Both the position numbers and the translations under genes were made by a program. Under the pieces are notes generated by a model. The model saw nothing but the letters and a program-made list of their open reading frames with translations. It was not told the origin of the DNA and made no database searches. DNA of 56,319 nt from a virus (Duplodnaviria > Caudoviricetes): positions 1-56,319 of IMG/VR virus record IMGVR_UViG_3300020478_000009. One strand, written 5' to 3'. How positions within the stretch are numbered: position 1 is the stretch's first letter; the number at the start of each line of letters is the position of its first letter. Positions 34,445 to 44,684 of the stretch are shown here, piece after piece.

Positions 34445-34806
34445 TGACTGCTACAAATGTTCAGTTTTTAACCGATATCAAAAACGATATGACACCCGAC
34501 ACGGTGGATATTCGCACTACTTCAACTCTCAACAATTACGGCGAGCGTTCTTTTAGTGGAGGCGCTACTACTTACGATGCTTACGTGGAGAAATCCAACG
34601 AGGTTATTCGTAATGAGAACGAGGAACGCATCGCAGAGTACAAAGTATTTATCCCTGATGCTTCTTTGAATATCAACCCTGAAGACCAGATTACGTTACC
34701 TGCACCAGTTTCGGCTGTGCGCCCCATTATTAAGGTGGAACGCAGGACAGACAATTTCGGACAGCAGTGTGTTGTTGTTTATTGCGGAAGGAACACGCGT
34801 GGCTAA
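34444..34806 (+). CDS. Head closure protein
   Basis: NYGE, DQITLP; synteny. Confidence 0.65.
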   Translation: MTATNVQFLTDIKNDMTPDTVDIRTTSTLNNYGERSFSGGATTYDAYVEKSNEVIRNENEERIAEYKVFIPDASLNINPEDQITLPAPVSAVRPIIKVERRTDNFGQQCVVVYCGRNTRG

Positions 34807-35239
34807 GTTTTCGTCTGATTTTGAGATTGATGTTTCTCAATTTGAGAAAGGCATGAACTGGTTAGACAGTGTTGGTACGCGAGCCGCTCAAGCTTTATTC
34901 AGGGAAGCTACACGAATTGAATCTGATGTGATACCTAGAGTTCCTGTAGCTACTGGTTATTTAAAATCAACAGTTAGCCATGAACCTAACGTTCCACCAG
35001 TTGATCTTCCTGCGACTGGAAGATTCCAAATGGATATAACAGTAGGTGATGCAGATACGCCTTATGCGAAAGAAGTCCACGAAACCGCTGGTATACCTAA
35101 TCGGGGTTACGCGTGGAATCCAGTAGACAAAGTGGTTTACCAAAAATCAGGTGAAGGAAAGTTTTTAGAACGCCCTGTTATGGAAGCGGCTAAAGGAATG
35201 GAAATGAGATTAAAGCGAGACATTGAAGGATTGTTATGA
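34799..35239 (+). CDS. HK97 gp10-like tail completion protein
   Basis: VPVATGYLKS, YAKEVHE, KFLERP. Confidence 0.75.
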   Translation: MAKFSSDFEIDVSQFEKGMNWLDSVGTRAAQALFREATRIESDVIPRVPVATGYLKSTVSHEPNVPPVDLPATGRFQMDITVGDADTPYAKEVHETAGIPNRGYAWNPVDKVVYQKSGEGKFLERPVMEAAKGMEMRLKRDIEGLL

Positions 35240-35643
35240 GCGTTCTTGATGAAGTCGGCACTTATCTTGCCGCAAATGTAAGCGATACAACTCTCACACT
35301 GGGAACAAATCTTTTCTTGGGAAGGCTTCCTGATTCTCCTGATACTTGCGTTTCGCTTCAGGAGACTGGTGGTTTAGCTCCAGTAGATACAATGTCAGAT
35401 AACACGGCACCTGTTATGGAACGCCCGACAATACAAGTTTTAGTAAGAGCAGTAGCTTATTCAGATGGAAGAGCTTTAATTAAAGATTGTTTCGATAAAG
35501 CTAATCTAGTCTGTAACGAAGATTTATCTAGCGTGCGGTATGAACGCATTGAAGCGATTCAATCACCGTTTCCTGTTTACCGGGATAGCCAAGACCGAGC
35601 CGTATTTTCTGTAAACTTTATTTGTCATAAGACTATTTCATAA
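35236..35643 (+). CDS. Tail terminator protein
   Basis: LFLGRLPDSPD, PTIQVLVRA, QSP..D..DR..FSVNF. Confidence 0.75.
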   Translation: MSVLDEVGTYLAANVSDTTLTLGTNLFLGRLPDSPDTCVSLQETGGLAPVDTMSDNTAPVMERPTIQVLVRAVAYSDGRALIKDCFDKANLVCNEDLSSVRYERIEAIQSPFPVYRDSQDRAVFSVNFICHKTIS

Positions 35644-35906
35644 TGTCCCTACTTGATCCTTATGGTGAAAACACTAAACCTGAACACAAACGTTTAACAC
35701 GGCTTAAAGTCAGGTGTGGTAATTGTGGAAGGCTGTTAGCTGAACGAGTAACAGCGCCTTGGACTATTAAATGTTCACGTTGTAAATGTGTTAACGAATC
35801 GGCTCCTTCGATACCGGCTCCTAAAGAATTGTCTGAAGAAGCGGCTTTAAAAGTAACTACTGCTCGAAAAGAATCTATAAATAACTCAGAGAGGTCAAAC
35901 AAGTGA
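35643..35906 (+). CDS. Mu Com-like zinc-finger protein (putative translational regulator)
   Basis: VRCGNCGRLLA...IKCSRCKCVN signature. Confidence 0.78.
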   Translation: MSLLDPYGENTKPEHKRLTRLKVRCGNCGRLLAERVTAPWTIKCSRCKCVNESAPSIPAPKELSEEAALKVTTARKESINNSERSNK

Positions 35907-35930
35907 TAAAGTTTGAGAGAACTTACATCA

Positions 35931-35964
35931 GTGACCTTCGTGTCCGCATGTGACCTTCGTGTCT
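35931..35964 (+). promoter_or_regulatory. Four GTGWCC-type hexamers (GTGACCTTCGTGTC x2), candidate Com-like binding site
   Basis: Direct repeats 25 bp after the Com-like gene, in the leader of the 36008 gene. Confidence 0.6.
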
Positions 35965-36007
35965 TATTTGGTTAGGCGTAAAGTCTCATGCACTATAAGG
36001 AGGCAAG

Positions 36008-36379
36008 ATGCCTAAGTATATTGTGACAGGAGGAGAACACGGAACCTCCGGTATTAACTATAAAGATGAACGTTACGAACCCGGAGATACCGTTGAAATA
36101 GCTAATCCTAAAGGGCTTTGGTTAATCAAAGAAGGCTACCTCGAATTAGCATCTGAAGCTGAAAAGCGTAAAACTGCTGAAGCTAAAGCAGAAGCAGAAG
36201 AAAAAGCTAAAGCTGATGCTCAAATTGAAGCTGAAGAACAGCTTGAACGTGCAAGAAACGACAAAGGACATTTTATTCCTGATGATCCTTCTACTCCTGA
36301 TGTAAATGAAGCTTATGTAACCAAAGAAGAAGCTGAAGCTCCTGAAGAAGCTGACGCTGAAACAACAGGAGGTAAGTAA
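36008..36379 (+). CDS. Hypothetical virion-associated protein
   Basis: YEPGDTVE..WLIKEGYLE and RARNDKGHFIPDDPSTPDVNEAY motifs; SD AAGGAGG. Confidence 0.65.
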   Translation: MPKYIVTGGEHGTSGINYKDERYEPGDTVEIANPKGLWLIKEGYLELASEAEKRKTAEAKAEAEEKAKADAQIEAEEQLERARNDKGHFIPDDPSTPDVNEAYVTKEEAEAPEEADAETTGGK

Positions 36380-37140
36380 TGCCAACATTTGTTCATGGTA
36401 AAGGAACCAAGGTTTATGTTGATGAGTTTGATTTGTCAACATATTTCCAGTCCGCAGACGTAACGTTAGAAAACGCAACATCAGATATAACTGCTTTTGG
36501 AGCTACTTCACGTTCGTTTCTTTTGGGATTAGCTAATGGCACTCTTTCATTAGGTGGAATGTGGTCAGGTGATACTGATGGTTCTGACGAAGAACTTCAA
36601 GCTCTACTGGGAAGCACCACGACACCAGTCGTGACAGTTTGTGAAGATGCTGGAACTATAGGCAATTCATCGACAGTCGCTAAAGCACACGAAACGAGTT
36701 ACACGATTTCTAATCCAGTGGGTGACGTTTCAACGATTACCGCTGATTTTCAGGGATCAACTGATGCAGTAAGTAATCTTACTTATGGTGTAGCAGGCGC
36801 AAAGCAGTTAACAACTGGCGCTTCGATAGCTTTTGGTTCGCTGGGTAATCTCACAGGTGTAGATAACAGTGCTTCAAGCACTAATGGTGGTGTAGGAGTT
36901 CTTCATGTGCCTGCAAATACTATTGGTGGTGGCGCAACAACAATAAAAATTCAACATGATTCATCCTCCGGCTTCGGCTCGGCGGCTGATCTCATAACGT
37001 TCACATCTGTCGGGGCTTCGACCAAGACAAGTGAGATGGTAGCCGTATCGGGAACAATAAATCGTTACGTTCGAGCTACTGCAAGTACAGCCGGAAGTTC
37101 CGGCGCAATCACCTTTATGGTGTCGTTAGCAAGGTTCTAG
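36379..37140 (+). CDS. Tail tube-like protein with C-terminal extra domain
   Basis: MPTFVHGK, DITAFGATSRSF..GL; paralogous to the next gene. Confidence 0.7.
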   Translation: MPTFVHGKGTKVYVDEFDLSTYFQSADVTLENATSDITAFGATSRSFLLGLANGTLSLGGMWSGDTDGSDEELQALLGSTTTPVVTVCEDAGTIGNSSTVAKAHETSYTISNPVGDVSTITADFQGSTDAVSNLTYGVAGAKQLTTGASIAFGSLGNLTGVDNSASSTNGGVGVLHVPANTIGGGATTIKIQHDSSSGFGSAADLITFTSVGASTKTSEMVAVSGTINRYVRATASTAGSSGAITFMVSLARF

Positions 37141-37151
37141 GAGGACTATAA

Positions 37152-37559
37152 ATGCCAACATTTGTACACGGTAAGTCAACTGACTTTGAGCTTGATGATA
37201 CAGGCGGAACTTCACGTTCGCTTGCTAACACGCTCACTTCAGTAGATTTTCCTGAAACTATAGATACAGCCGAAACAACTGCTTTCGGTGCAACTTCACG
37301 TTCATATATCGTGGGGCTTCGTTCAGCAACCATTTCAGTCTCAGGACTGTGGGATGCCACTGTTGATGGTTACATCATAGGAACAGAGCCAACAAGTAGG
37401 AGCTTTATATTTGGTCCTGCTGGTAGCACAAGTGGTAATGTGAAATACACAGGTGAGTGTATTCTCACTAATTATTCAATCAGCAATCCTGTAGGCGATG
37501 TGGTGACATACACCCTTGATCTTCAGGTAACTGGTGATGTCACAAGAGGAACTTATTAA
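37152..37559 (+). CDS. Major tail tube protein
   Basis: AETTAFGATSRSYIVGL, PVGDVVTY..DLQVTG; SD AGGAGG. Confidence 0.8.
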   Translation: MPTFVHGKSTDFELDDTGGTSRSLANTLTSVDFPETIDTAETTAFGATSRSYIVGLRSATISVSGLWDATVDGYIIGTEPTSRSFIFGPAGSTSGNVKYTGECILTNYSISNPVGDVVTYTLDLQVTGDVTRGTY

Positions 37560-37596
37560 AATAAGTAATTAACAACTAGACGAAGGAGTGACCGAA

Positions 37597-38028
37597 GTGT
37601 CCAAACTTAGTGAAAAAATTAAAGCTGTCGATGACAGCAGTGTTACATTGTATGAGATTCCCGAATGGGGAGTCACAGTAGAAATCCGTTCAATTACGGC
37701 TAGATCACGCGCACGTTTCTTTGCGGAAATATCTAACGAAGATGGTACGGTTGGTTTCAACGCTGATCCTGACCGTATTGAAGGCATGTGGTGGCACGTT
37801 ATTTCTAAAACTTGTTTCGATCCTGAAAACGGCGAACCTGTTTTTGAAGATGGCGATAAAGAATGGCTATTTGAACGTAACGCACTTGTAATAAACCAAC
37901 TAGCTGAACAGTGTATGGCTGTTTCCGGATTAACAGGAGATGCCATTGATGAAGCGGGAAAAGTCTCCTTGGTTTCCCCAACCGACAAGGATGGAGAAAC
38001 CCCGAAAGACGATTCTACTTCAGGTTAG
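37597..38028 (+). CDS. Tail assembly chaperone (gpG-like)
   Basis: IPEWGVTVEIRS, DPENGEPVF; GTG at 37597 is 8 nt after SD AAGGAG. Confidence 0.8.
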   Translation: MSKLSEKIKAVDDSSVTLYEIPEWGVTVEIRSITARSRARFFAEISNEDGTVGFNADPDRIEGMWWHVISKTCFDPENGEPVFEDGDKEWLFERNALVINQLAEQCMAVSGLTGDAIDEAGKVSLVSPTDKDGETPKDDSTSG

Positions 38029-38183
38029 CGAGAGAGCTTGGCATGACTGTATCCGAACTCCTAGATCGCATGAGTAGTGCCGAGATGACAGAATGGGCGG
38101 CGTTGTTTAAAATCGAAGCCGAAGAAGCCGCTCACAATAATCGTGTATCCAGTTCTCGAACTAACATGAGATCGAGAAGGTGA
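37956..38183 (+). CDS. -1 frameshift extension (gpGT-like) of the tail chaperone
   Basis: Slippery G GGA AAA at 37956-37962; -1 frame reads RRFYFRLARELGMTVSELLDRMSSAEMTEWAA and ends 3 nt before the tape measure gene. Confidence 0.82.
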   Translation, partial: GKSLLGFPNRQGWRNPERRFYFRLARELGMTVSELLDRMSSAEMTEWAALFKIEAEEAAHNNRVSSSRTNMRSRR

Positions 38184-38186
38184 TAG

Positions 38187-41100
38187 ATGGCAACTAAAGT
38201 AGCTGAACTCGTAGCTTCCCTGCGTTTAGACGCTAAGGAATTTTCACAGGGTGTTAAAGAAGCTGAAAGCAAATTAACAGATTTCGGTAAGAAAGCGACT
38301 AAAACTGGTCGCAAGCTAACTATGGCAGTAACTCTGCCTATGGCTGGAGCCGCCGCTGGAGCGATTAAAGCCGCTTCAGATTTTGAAACTTCAATGACGA
38401 AGATTCAAAGCATGGTTGGTTTGTCTGCTGATACTGTTCAAGCTTTCGAGAAAGACGTTCTTCGTTTATCAGGAGAAACAGCACAAGCACCTAAAGAGTT
38501 AGCTGATGCGATGTTCTTTATCACTTCGGCTGGTTTACGAGGAGCTACAGCAGTTGAGGCGCTAGAAGCTTCCGCTAAAGCGGCGGCGGTAGGAATGGGT
38601 GACGCTCAGGTAGTCGCTGATGCGGTAACGAACGCTATCAACGGTTACGGTTCAGCTAACATTACTGCCGCTGAAGCCACTGATATTCTCGCTAAAACAG
38701 TTGAACAAGGTAAAGCATCGGCTGAAGATTTGGCTCCCCAGTTCGGTCGTCTTATTCCTATGGCGGCAGAGTTAGGAATAGAGTTTGGACAAGTTGGTGG
38801 CGGTTTAGCTTTCCTGACTAGAGCGTCAGGTAACGCTTCGCAATCAACCAGTTCTTTACGAGGTATTCTTCGTACTCTTATTAAGCCATCTCAGCAAGCC
38901 CGCGAGACTCTTTCAGATGTCGGTTTAAGTATCGAGGATCTTAGAGTAGCGGCGGGTGAAGACATGCTGGGCGCTCTTATGAAGATGCGCGCAACGTTGG
39001 AAGCTAACGGCGAAGAGATGTCTAAAGTGTTTGAAGATTCTGAAGCGTTAGCTGGTGCTTTACAGTTGACTGGAACTGCCGCAGGTGAAGCCGCTGGTGT
39101 TATGGATGAGATGACACGCGCTTCAGGGACTTTAAGTCGAGGCATGGCGGCGGTGCAGGAAACTTCCGGATTTAAGATGAAACAGGCAATGACTGATTTC
39201 AAAGTCGTAATGATTGAGCTTGGAGACAAGCTGATTCCAGTGGTTGTTCCATTGATTCAGAAGTTAGCGAACTTTGTTGGCGATCTCGCAGACAAGTTCG
39301 ACAATCTTTCACCAGTAATGAAGAAAGTTGTAGCTAGTTTTGCTGGGTTTGCGGTTGCCGCAGGACCGGCGCTTATGGCTATCGGGAGTATGTCTCGCGG
39401 TTTGGGCGCATTGTCAAAAATGGGACAAGGTGTAACAGGAGTTCTCACAGGTGGTGGTAAAGTTGGCGGTTCAGGACTGTTAAAGACTTTAGGTAAGTTA
39501 GGACCAGCGTTGAAAACTCCGCATGGAGCGGCAGTTGCTTTAGCGGCTGTTGGTGTTGGTACTGCTTTAACGCTATGGCGGAAGCGTGGTAAAGAAGCGC
39601 AAGAACGCATGGAAACTCTTCGTGCTGAACTCGTTGAAGCTGGCGATGAATCAGCTATGTTCGCAGGAAAAGTGGAAGGTCTTACTGAACGTTTAGAAGC
39701 TTTAGCGGAGACAACGAAGGAAGCAACTGAAGAAGGTTTTGACAAGTTTAACGGTTCACAGGCGTTGCTTGCGAATGTTATTGATCAGGATGTTCGACCA
39801 GCGTTTGCTAGGTACATAACTGATCTAGACCATCATCAAGAAGCGATAATGCAGGGTTCTGACAGATACGAAGAACTCCAAGATCAGCTTCGTGATTATG
39901 ACCACATGCTTGATAAGAACCTTGAGCTTTTGAGACAAAACTCTGATCTTTTCGGTGAGAACGCTGATTCGATTATTAAAGCAGTAGAAGCCGGTGATTT
40001 GGAAATAAGCACTCTTAAAAAGATGTTAGATGCGATAGACGAAACCGCTGACGCTCACGATGACATGATCAAAGAGAACGACAAGCTTGCTAAAAAGTGG
40101 TTAGAAAACGAAAAAAATATCATCAATTACGTTACTGCTTTGGATGAGGCAACTGTTCAAGAAATTGAAGCTTTAGAAAAGAAAGGGCAATACACAGAAG
40201 CCGTTAAATTAGCTATTGATGCTATTGCGGAAGCTGAACAAGCTCAGATTGACGAAGCTGAAGCGGCGGCAAAAGCGGCGATAGAAGCAGAACGTGTCGC
40301 AACCGAATTTCAGAATGCACGTTTTGGTGTAAGCGAATTTACTGGCGCTGTTGATGACAGCACAGACAGCCTTGTTGTCGGTGCTACTGCTTTGAAAGAT
40401 TACAGTAGTGAAGCTTCTACCCTGTCAGAGATATTAAGTGATCCTGCCGCTGGTTTAGATTCTGCTACGCGATCATTTATGGCGGCGGCTCAAGCGTCAG
40501 CGACATTAGGCGGAGGTGTGAAAAGCGGAATTTTTGCTCACACCGAAGATTTAATGGACATGACAATCAAAATCAACAAAGAAAACGCAGACAAACTTGA
40601 GGCTGAAGAACAGCTTAAAACTAATTTAGAGGAACAAAAAGTTCTTTTAGATGAGCAGAACCGGATACGCAGGGAAGCCAACAAAATGGTGAAAGCCATG
40701 CAGTCAGCACAGAATGATGTTAAGAGCGCCCTGAAAGCTCAGAAACAAGCCGAACAGGATATAGCTGATATTCAGGCAGAGATAGAAGATAACGCCGCTG
40801 AACAGCTTGTAAACCTCGCTGAGATAGAAACAATTAACGCTCGTATTCTTGAACTCCAAGAGCAAAGCAACAATGAGTCTTTCAAAAGCGCAGAGTTTGT
40901 TAGTGCTGTAACTCAGGAATGGGATAAACAGCGTCTTGCTGTAATGAATCTTGAAGAGAAGATAGCCAAGTTGCAGGCAGAAGCAACAGCGGAACCTCCT
41001 GACACAGCGGCGGCGAAAGAACTGGTAAGACAGAAGAAGAATCAAATCATGGTTTTGGATGATTTAGTTCACGAAGTCAATGATGCTGAACAGGCTCTTA

Positions 41101-42212
41101 TTGATTTAGATTTGATTACTGAAGATTATGCTAGAGGTTCTGATGTTGGTATTCGCGAAGCTCAACAGTTTGTGCGTCTTGAAAGACAGTTACGTGAAAC
41201 TCAGCAAGCTTACGAAGATGGTGAAGCAACTGTTCTTGATGTTTTGCAAGCCGAAGAAGCTTTAAATCAAGTTACAGACGATTTAGGGCAAAGCTTTGAT
41301 GATTTAAGAAAAGCTGAAAACGAGTTAGCTGACGCTCAAGAAGCGTTATCGAAACTTGAAGAAGAAGGTCGCAAGATACAAGAAGCTAAAGAAAAGACTG
41401 CCCTTGAATTAAAGATAGCTACTGAAGATTTGCGTTTAGCTACAAAGATTCAAAGCGAAGAAGAGTTGATGGCTATTAAGGTTGGTGAAGAGAAAGCCAA
41501 GCTTGATGAGCAAATCGCAGGGCTTGTAGAAGATAAAACAGCGATTGAAGAAAAGAACGCTGATCTAGCGGCGAGAAGAATCATTTTGGATTCTGCTTTG
41601 GTTGGCGCTACGCAAGCTAAAAAAGCGGCTGACGAGGAACTTTATTATGCTCAACAGCGACTTGCTGAAGTAATGGCGGAAGTTAATCGTTTAGCTGAAG
41701 AGGAAGAAGGAATCTTTACAAAGATTAAAGATTTGATTCACGCTGTAACCGGCGAGTTCCGAGAACTTAAAGATTTACTTAAAGACGGCTTTACTTCTCC
41801 AAGCGGAGGAGGTGCGAGCATTTCTATGGGCGCAAGCGGCGATCCTACGGTAACAGTTCCATCAGGACCTACTACTCCTACCGCTCCTTCTGACGCTGAT
41901 CTTTTAGCTGAGGCTGTAGCGGCTGGCGGAGGCGATTGGCTTACACATCTAAGCACTCTTTCTCCGGCAGAAATGGCAGAAATGACAGACGCTTATCATG
42001 CCATAGCCGCAATACAAGGCGGAGGTGGCAGAAGCTTTGGCGGAACCGCTCAGGGAAGTGCTGGTAATGTCAATTTAACAATAAATGTTGAAGGTTCAGT
42101 TATTACCGAAGATGATCTTTTAAATAACATAAATCTTGGACTTCAACATAAGATTGTGTCCTCCGGTGATCAGTTCACTAATATAGGCGCAACTGTGGAT
42201 TATTCGAGTTAG
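38187..42212 (+). CDS. Tape measure protein
   Basis: 1341 aa, helical and Ala-rich, TP901-type core; follows the chaperones. Confidence 0.92.
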   Translation: MATKVAELVASLRLDAKEFSQGVKEAESKLTDFGKKATKTGRKLTMAVTLPMAGAAAGAIKAASDFETSMTKIQSMVGLSADTVQAFEKDVLRLSGETAQAPKELADAMFFITSAGLRGATAVEALEASAKAAAVGMGDAQVVADAVTNAINGYGSANITAAEATDILAKTVEQGKASAEDLAPQFGRLIPMAAELGIEFGQVGGGLAFLTRASGNASQSTSSLRGILRTLIKPSQQARETLSDVGLSIEDLRVAAGEDMLGALMKMRATLEANGEEMSKVFEDSEALAGALQLTGTAAGEAAGVMDEMTRASGTLSRGMAAVQETSGFKMKQAMTDFKVVMIELGDKLIPVVVPLIQKLANFVGDLADKFDNLSPVMKKVVASFAGFAVAAGPALMAIGSMSRGLGALSKMGQGVTGVLTGGGKVGGSGLLKTLGKLGPALKTPHGAAVALAAVGVGTALTLWRKRGKEAQERMETLRAELVEAGDESAMFAGKVEGLTERLEALAETTKEATEEGFDKFNGSQALLANVIDQDVRPAFARYITDLDHHQEAIMQGSDRYEELQDQLRDYDHMLDKNLELLRQNSDLFGENADSIIKAVEAGDLEISTLKKMLDAIDETADAHDDMIKENDKLAKKWLENEKNIINYVTALDEATVQEIEALEKKGQYTEAVKLAIDAIAEAEQAQIDEAEAAAKAAIEAERVATEFQNARFGVSEFTGAVDDSTDSLVVGATALKDYSSEASTLSEILSDPAAGLDSATRSFMAAAQASATLGGGVKSGIFAHTEDLMDMTIKINKENADKLEAEEQLKTNLEEQKVLLDEQNRIRREANKMVKAMQSAQNDVKSALKAQKQAEQDIADIQAEIEDNAAEQLVNLAEIETINARILELQEQSNNESFKSAEFVSAVTQEWDKQRLAVMNLEEKIAKLQAEATAEPPDTAAAKELVRQKKNQIMVLDDLVHEVNDAEQALIDLDLITEDYARGSDVGIREAQQFVRLERQLRETQQAYEDGEATVLDVLQAEEALNQVTDDLGQSFDDLRKAENELADAQEALSKLEEEGRKIQEAKEKTALELKIATEDLRLATKIQSEEELMAIKVGEEKAKLDEQIAGLVEDKTAIEEKNADLAARRIILDSALVGATQAKKAADEELYYAQQRLAEVMAEVNRLAEEEEGIFTKIKDLIHAVTGEFRELKDLLKDGFTSPSGGGASISMGASGDPTVTVPSGPTTPTAPSDADLLAEAVAAGGGDWLTHLSTLSPAEMAEMTDAYHAIAAIQGGGGRSFGGTAQGSAGNVNLTINVEGSVITEDDLLNNINLGLQHKIVSSGDQFTNIGATVDYSS

Positions 42213-42214
42213 AT

Positions 42215-43456
42215 ATGCCTGCCGCCGCGACTCTTAAAGTAACCGTTCGTTTTCAGACAAGCCCTTCTTTCGGTCCTAATCTTGTTTTAGGTGATTCAGC
42301 TTCACCCTTGGGAACAGGTGTTCTTTCTGATGCCGCTTCAACTCCTGTAGATATCACAAGTGTTGTTAACTCGGTTGCTATCAGGCGTGGGCGTAACCGT
42401 ATTCTAGATCGTTTCGATGCAGGCGCTTGTACTGTCACATTGACAGACACAACTGGTTTGTTTGATCCTGATAATGGAACTTACGCTAATGAAATTCTAC
42501 CAATGCGACAGTTGCAAATATCAGCTACTTATGGTGGCACTACATACACTCTTTATTCAGGTTTTATAGATGAGTGGGATTACACGTATCACCCCGGTGA
42601 GACAGCCGCGTTTATGACTATTAAAGCTGTTGACTCTTTTCGTTTGTTGAACCTGTCAACAGTGTCAACTGTTTCAGGTGCTACCGCAGGACAAACAACT
42701 TCAACTAGGTTAGGCAAAATTCTTGACATGATCACTTGGCCTGTTTCTTTGAGAGATTTTTCAACTGGAGCAGGACAAACAACGTGTCAAGCAGATTCAG
42801 GAACGACAAGAGATGTTCTTTCCGCTTGTCAAGCAGTTAATCAAACCGAGTTAGGGGCTTTCTTTTGTGAGACTAACGGTGTATTAAAATTCTATGATCG
42901 CGCTGGAATTATTGCTAAACACGCTGAAACTCCAACAGTATTCGATGACACTGGAGCAAACATCCAGTATCAGTCAGTTGATTTTGATATTGATGACACG
43001 ATCCTTGCTAATAATGTAACTGTTACACGTTCAGGTGGAACGGCTCAAAACGTTACTGATTCAACTTCTATAAGTGACTATTTTCAAAGGAACTACACTC
43101 GCACAGGTTTGTTGATGGACACGGATGCCGATGCTTTAAACCAAGCAACAACTATTCTCGCTAATCGTAAAGATCCGGAGCTAAGAATCGGAAGCATAAG
43201 CCTTGACGCTTACGGTGATGTTTCTAACAGAGTTACAGCGGCTTTAAATACGAAGATCATGGATCCCATTAAAGTTACTAGAACCCAACCGGGCGGTGGA
43301 ACGGTTTCTCGTACTCTTTCCGTACAGGGAATCGAACACACGATAAGACCTGATAGTTGGGTAACGACTTTTCAAACAGCAGAGAAGATATTGGATGGCT
43401 TCGTACTAGATAGCACCACAAGTGGTATCTTAGGTACGAACGCCTTGAGCTATTAA
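42215..43456 (+). CDS. Minor tail/baseplate hub protein
   Basis: IRRGRNR..FDAG, FDP.N; position after TMP. Confidence 0.7.
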   Translation: MPAAATLKVTVRFQTSPSFGPNLVLGDSASPLGTGVLSDAASTPVDITSVVNSVAIRRGRNRILDRFDAGACTVTLTDTTGLFDPDNGTYANEILPMRQLQISATYGGTTYTLYSGFIDEWDYTYHPGETAAFMTIKAVDSFRLLNLSTVSTVSGATAGQTTSTRLGKILDMITWPVSLRDFSTGAGQTTCQADSGTTRDVLSACQAVNQTELGAFFCETNGVLKFYDRAGIIAKHAETPTVFDDTGANIQYQSVDFDIDDTILANNVTVTRSGGTAQNVTDSTSISDYFQRNYTRTGLLMDTDADALNQATTILANRKDPELRIGSISLDAYGDVSNRVTAALNTKIMDPIKVTRTQPGGGTVSRTLSVQGIEHTIRPDSWVTTFQTAEKILDGFVLDSTTSGILGTNALSY

Positions 43457-43467
43457 GGAGCAAAACA

Positions 43468-44298
43468 ATGGCGGCACCAGCCGGATATAAAACATTTAAC
43501 ACAGGAGATGTATTAACCGCTTCTGACTTGATGAATTACTGCATGGATCAAGTTATAGGCGTTTACACTTCAACTACTAACAGGGATGCAGAACTTACTT
43601 CTCCAGCAGAGGGTATGTTTGCTTTCACAACTGACAGCGACACTCTCTACTATTATGACGGTTCAAGCTGGACAGCTACATCACTTGCGGCTGATATAAC
43701 TGACGTAAATGCAGGAACAGCGCTTTCGGGAGGTGGCAGTTCAGGTTCGGTTACGTTAAATGTTGATGTTAATGGCGCCGGTTCGGTGACAGGCACGACA
43801 TCTGATTACGTTTTAATTGAGGATGTCACAGACAATTCAACCAAGAAATGTTTGATTTCTGATTTCGTAGCCACAGGCGATATTACAGGGGTAACGGCAG
43901 GAACGGCTCTGTCAGGTGGTGGAACAAGCGGATCGGTTACTTTAGATGTTGATGTTAACGCCGCAGGTTCGGTTACCGCAGTCGCCACAGATTACGTGTT
44001 AATAGAAGATGCTACCGATAACTCAACTAAGAAGGCTTTAATATCTGACATCACAGCATTAGCAGGCGACATAACTGGTGTGACTGCTGGTACAGCAATG
44101 TCAGGTGGAGGAACTTCGGGGGCAGTAACGGTAAATGTTGATGTCAATGCGGCTTCAACTGCAACCGCTGAGACTACGGATTACATGCTCATTGAAGATG
44201 TTACAGATAACACAACTAAGAAAGCCCTGATTTCTGATGTCGTTACAAGCGGTGTCAGCACAGGTAAAGCTATTGCCATGTCAATGGTATTTGGATAG
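43468..44298 (+). CDS. Tail fibre protein with three internal ~60-aa repeats
   Basis: FNTGDVLTA N-terminus; DIT.V.AGTA.SGGG.SG.VT..VDV...DY.LIED.TDN.TKK repeated three times. Confidence 0.75.
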   Translation: MAAPAGYKTFNTGDVLTASDLMNYCMDQVIGVYTSTTNRDAELTSPAEGMFAFTTDSDTLYYYDGSSWTATSLAADITDVNAGTALSGGGSSGSVTLNVDVNGAGSVTGTTSDYVLIEDVTDNSTKKCLISDFVATGDITGVTAGTALSGGGTSGSVTLDVDVNAAGSVTAVATDYVLIEDATDNSTKKALISDITALAGDITGVTAGTAMSGGGTSGAVTVNVDVNAASTATAETTDYMLIEDVTDNTTKKALISDVVTSGVSTGKAIAMSMVFG

Positions 44299-44307
44299 GA
44301 GGAAAAT

Positions 44308-44682
44308 ATGGCGGCACCAAACATAGTCAACGTAGCAACCATAAATGGCAAAACAGCTTTAACTGCTTTGTCATCTGCTACTGCGGCAAGTGTTCTTGCG
44401 AATGCGGCTTCATCAAACAAGGTTCTGAAATTAGCAGGCGTTCTCGCTACTAACACTTCAGGTTCTTCAGCGGTGACAGCTTCGTTTGACCTTTATATAA
44501 CTAGATCAAGTGTGGATTATTACTTAGCTAAAGAAGTACCGATCCCTGCTCTTTCTGTTTATGAGGCTTTTCTGAAAGACGGCACACCAGTCTATTTGGA
44601 AGAAGGAGACACTCTTTACGCTAAATCGGATAACGCTTCCGGTTACATTCACGTAATGGTCGCTTACGAAGATATCTCGTAA
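44308..44682 (+). CDS. Tail fibre-associated protein
   Basis: MAAPNIVNVATINGKT, YLEEGD, YEDIS. Confidence 0.65.
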   Translation: MAAPNIVNVATINGKTALTALSSATAASVLANAASSNKVLKLAGVLATNTSGSSAVTASFDLYITRSSVDYYLAKEVPIPALSVYEAFLKDGTPVYLEEGDTLYAKSDNASGYIHVMVAYEDIS

Positions 44683-44684
44683 CA

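Noticed and set aside
35931-35964. Possible mini-CRISPR or attachment site
   Set aside because: Repeats are 14 bp with a 5-bp gap; there are no spacers, cas genes or integrase
43680-44245. Three ~180-bp repeats as DGR template/variable repeats
   Set aside because: In-frame protein repeats of a tail fibre; differences are not adenine-specific and no reverse transcriptase is present
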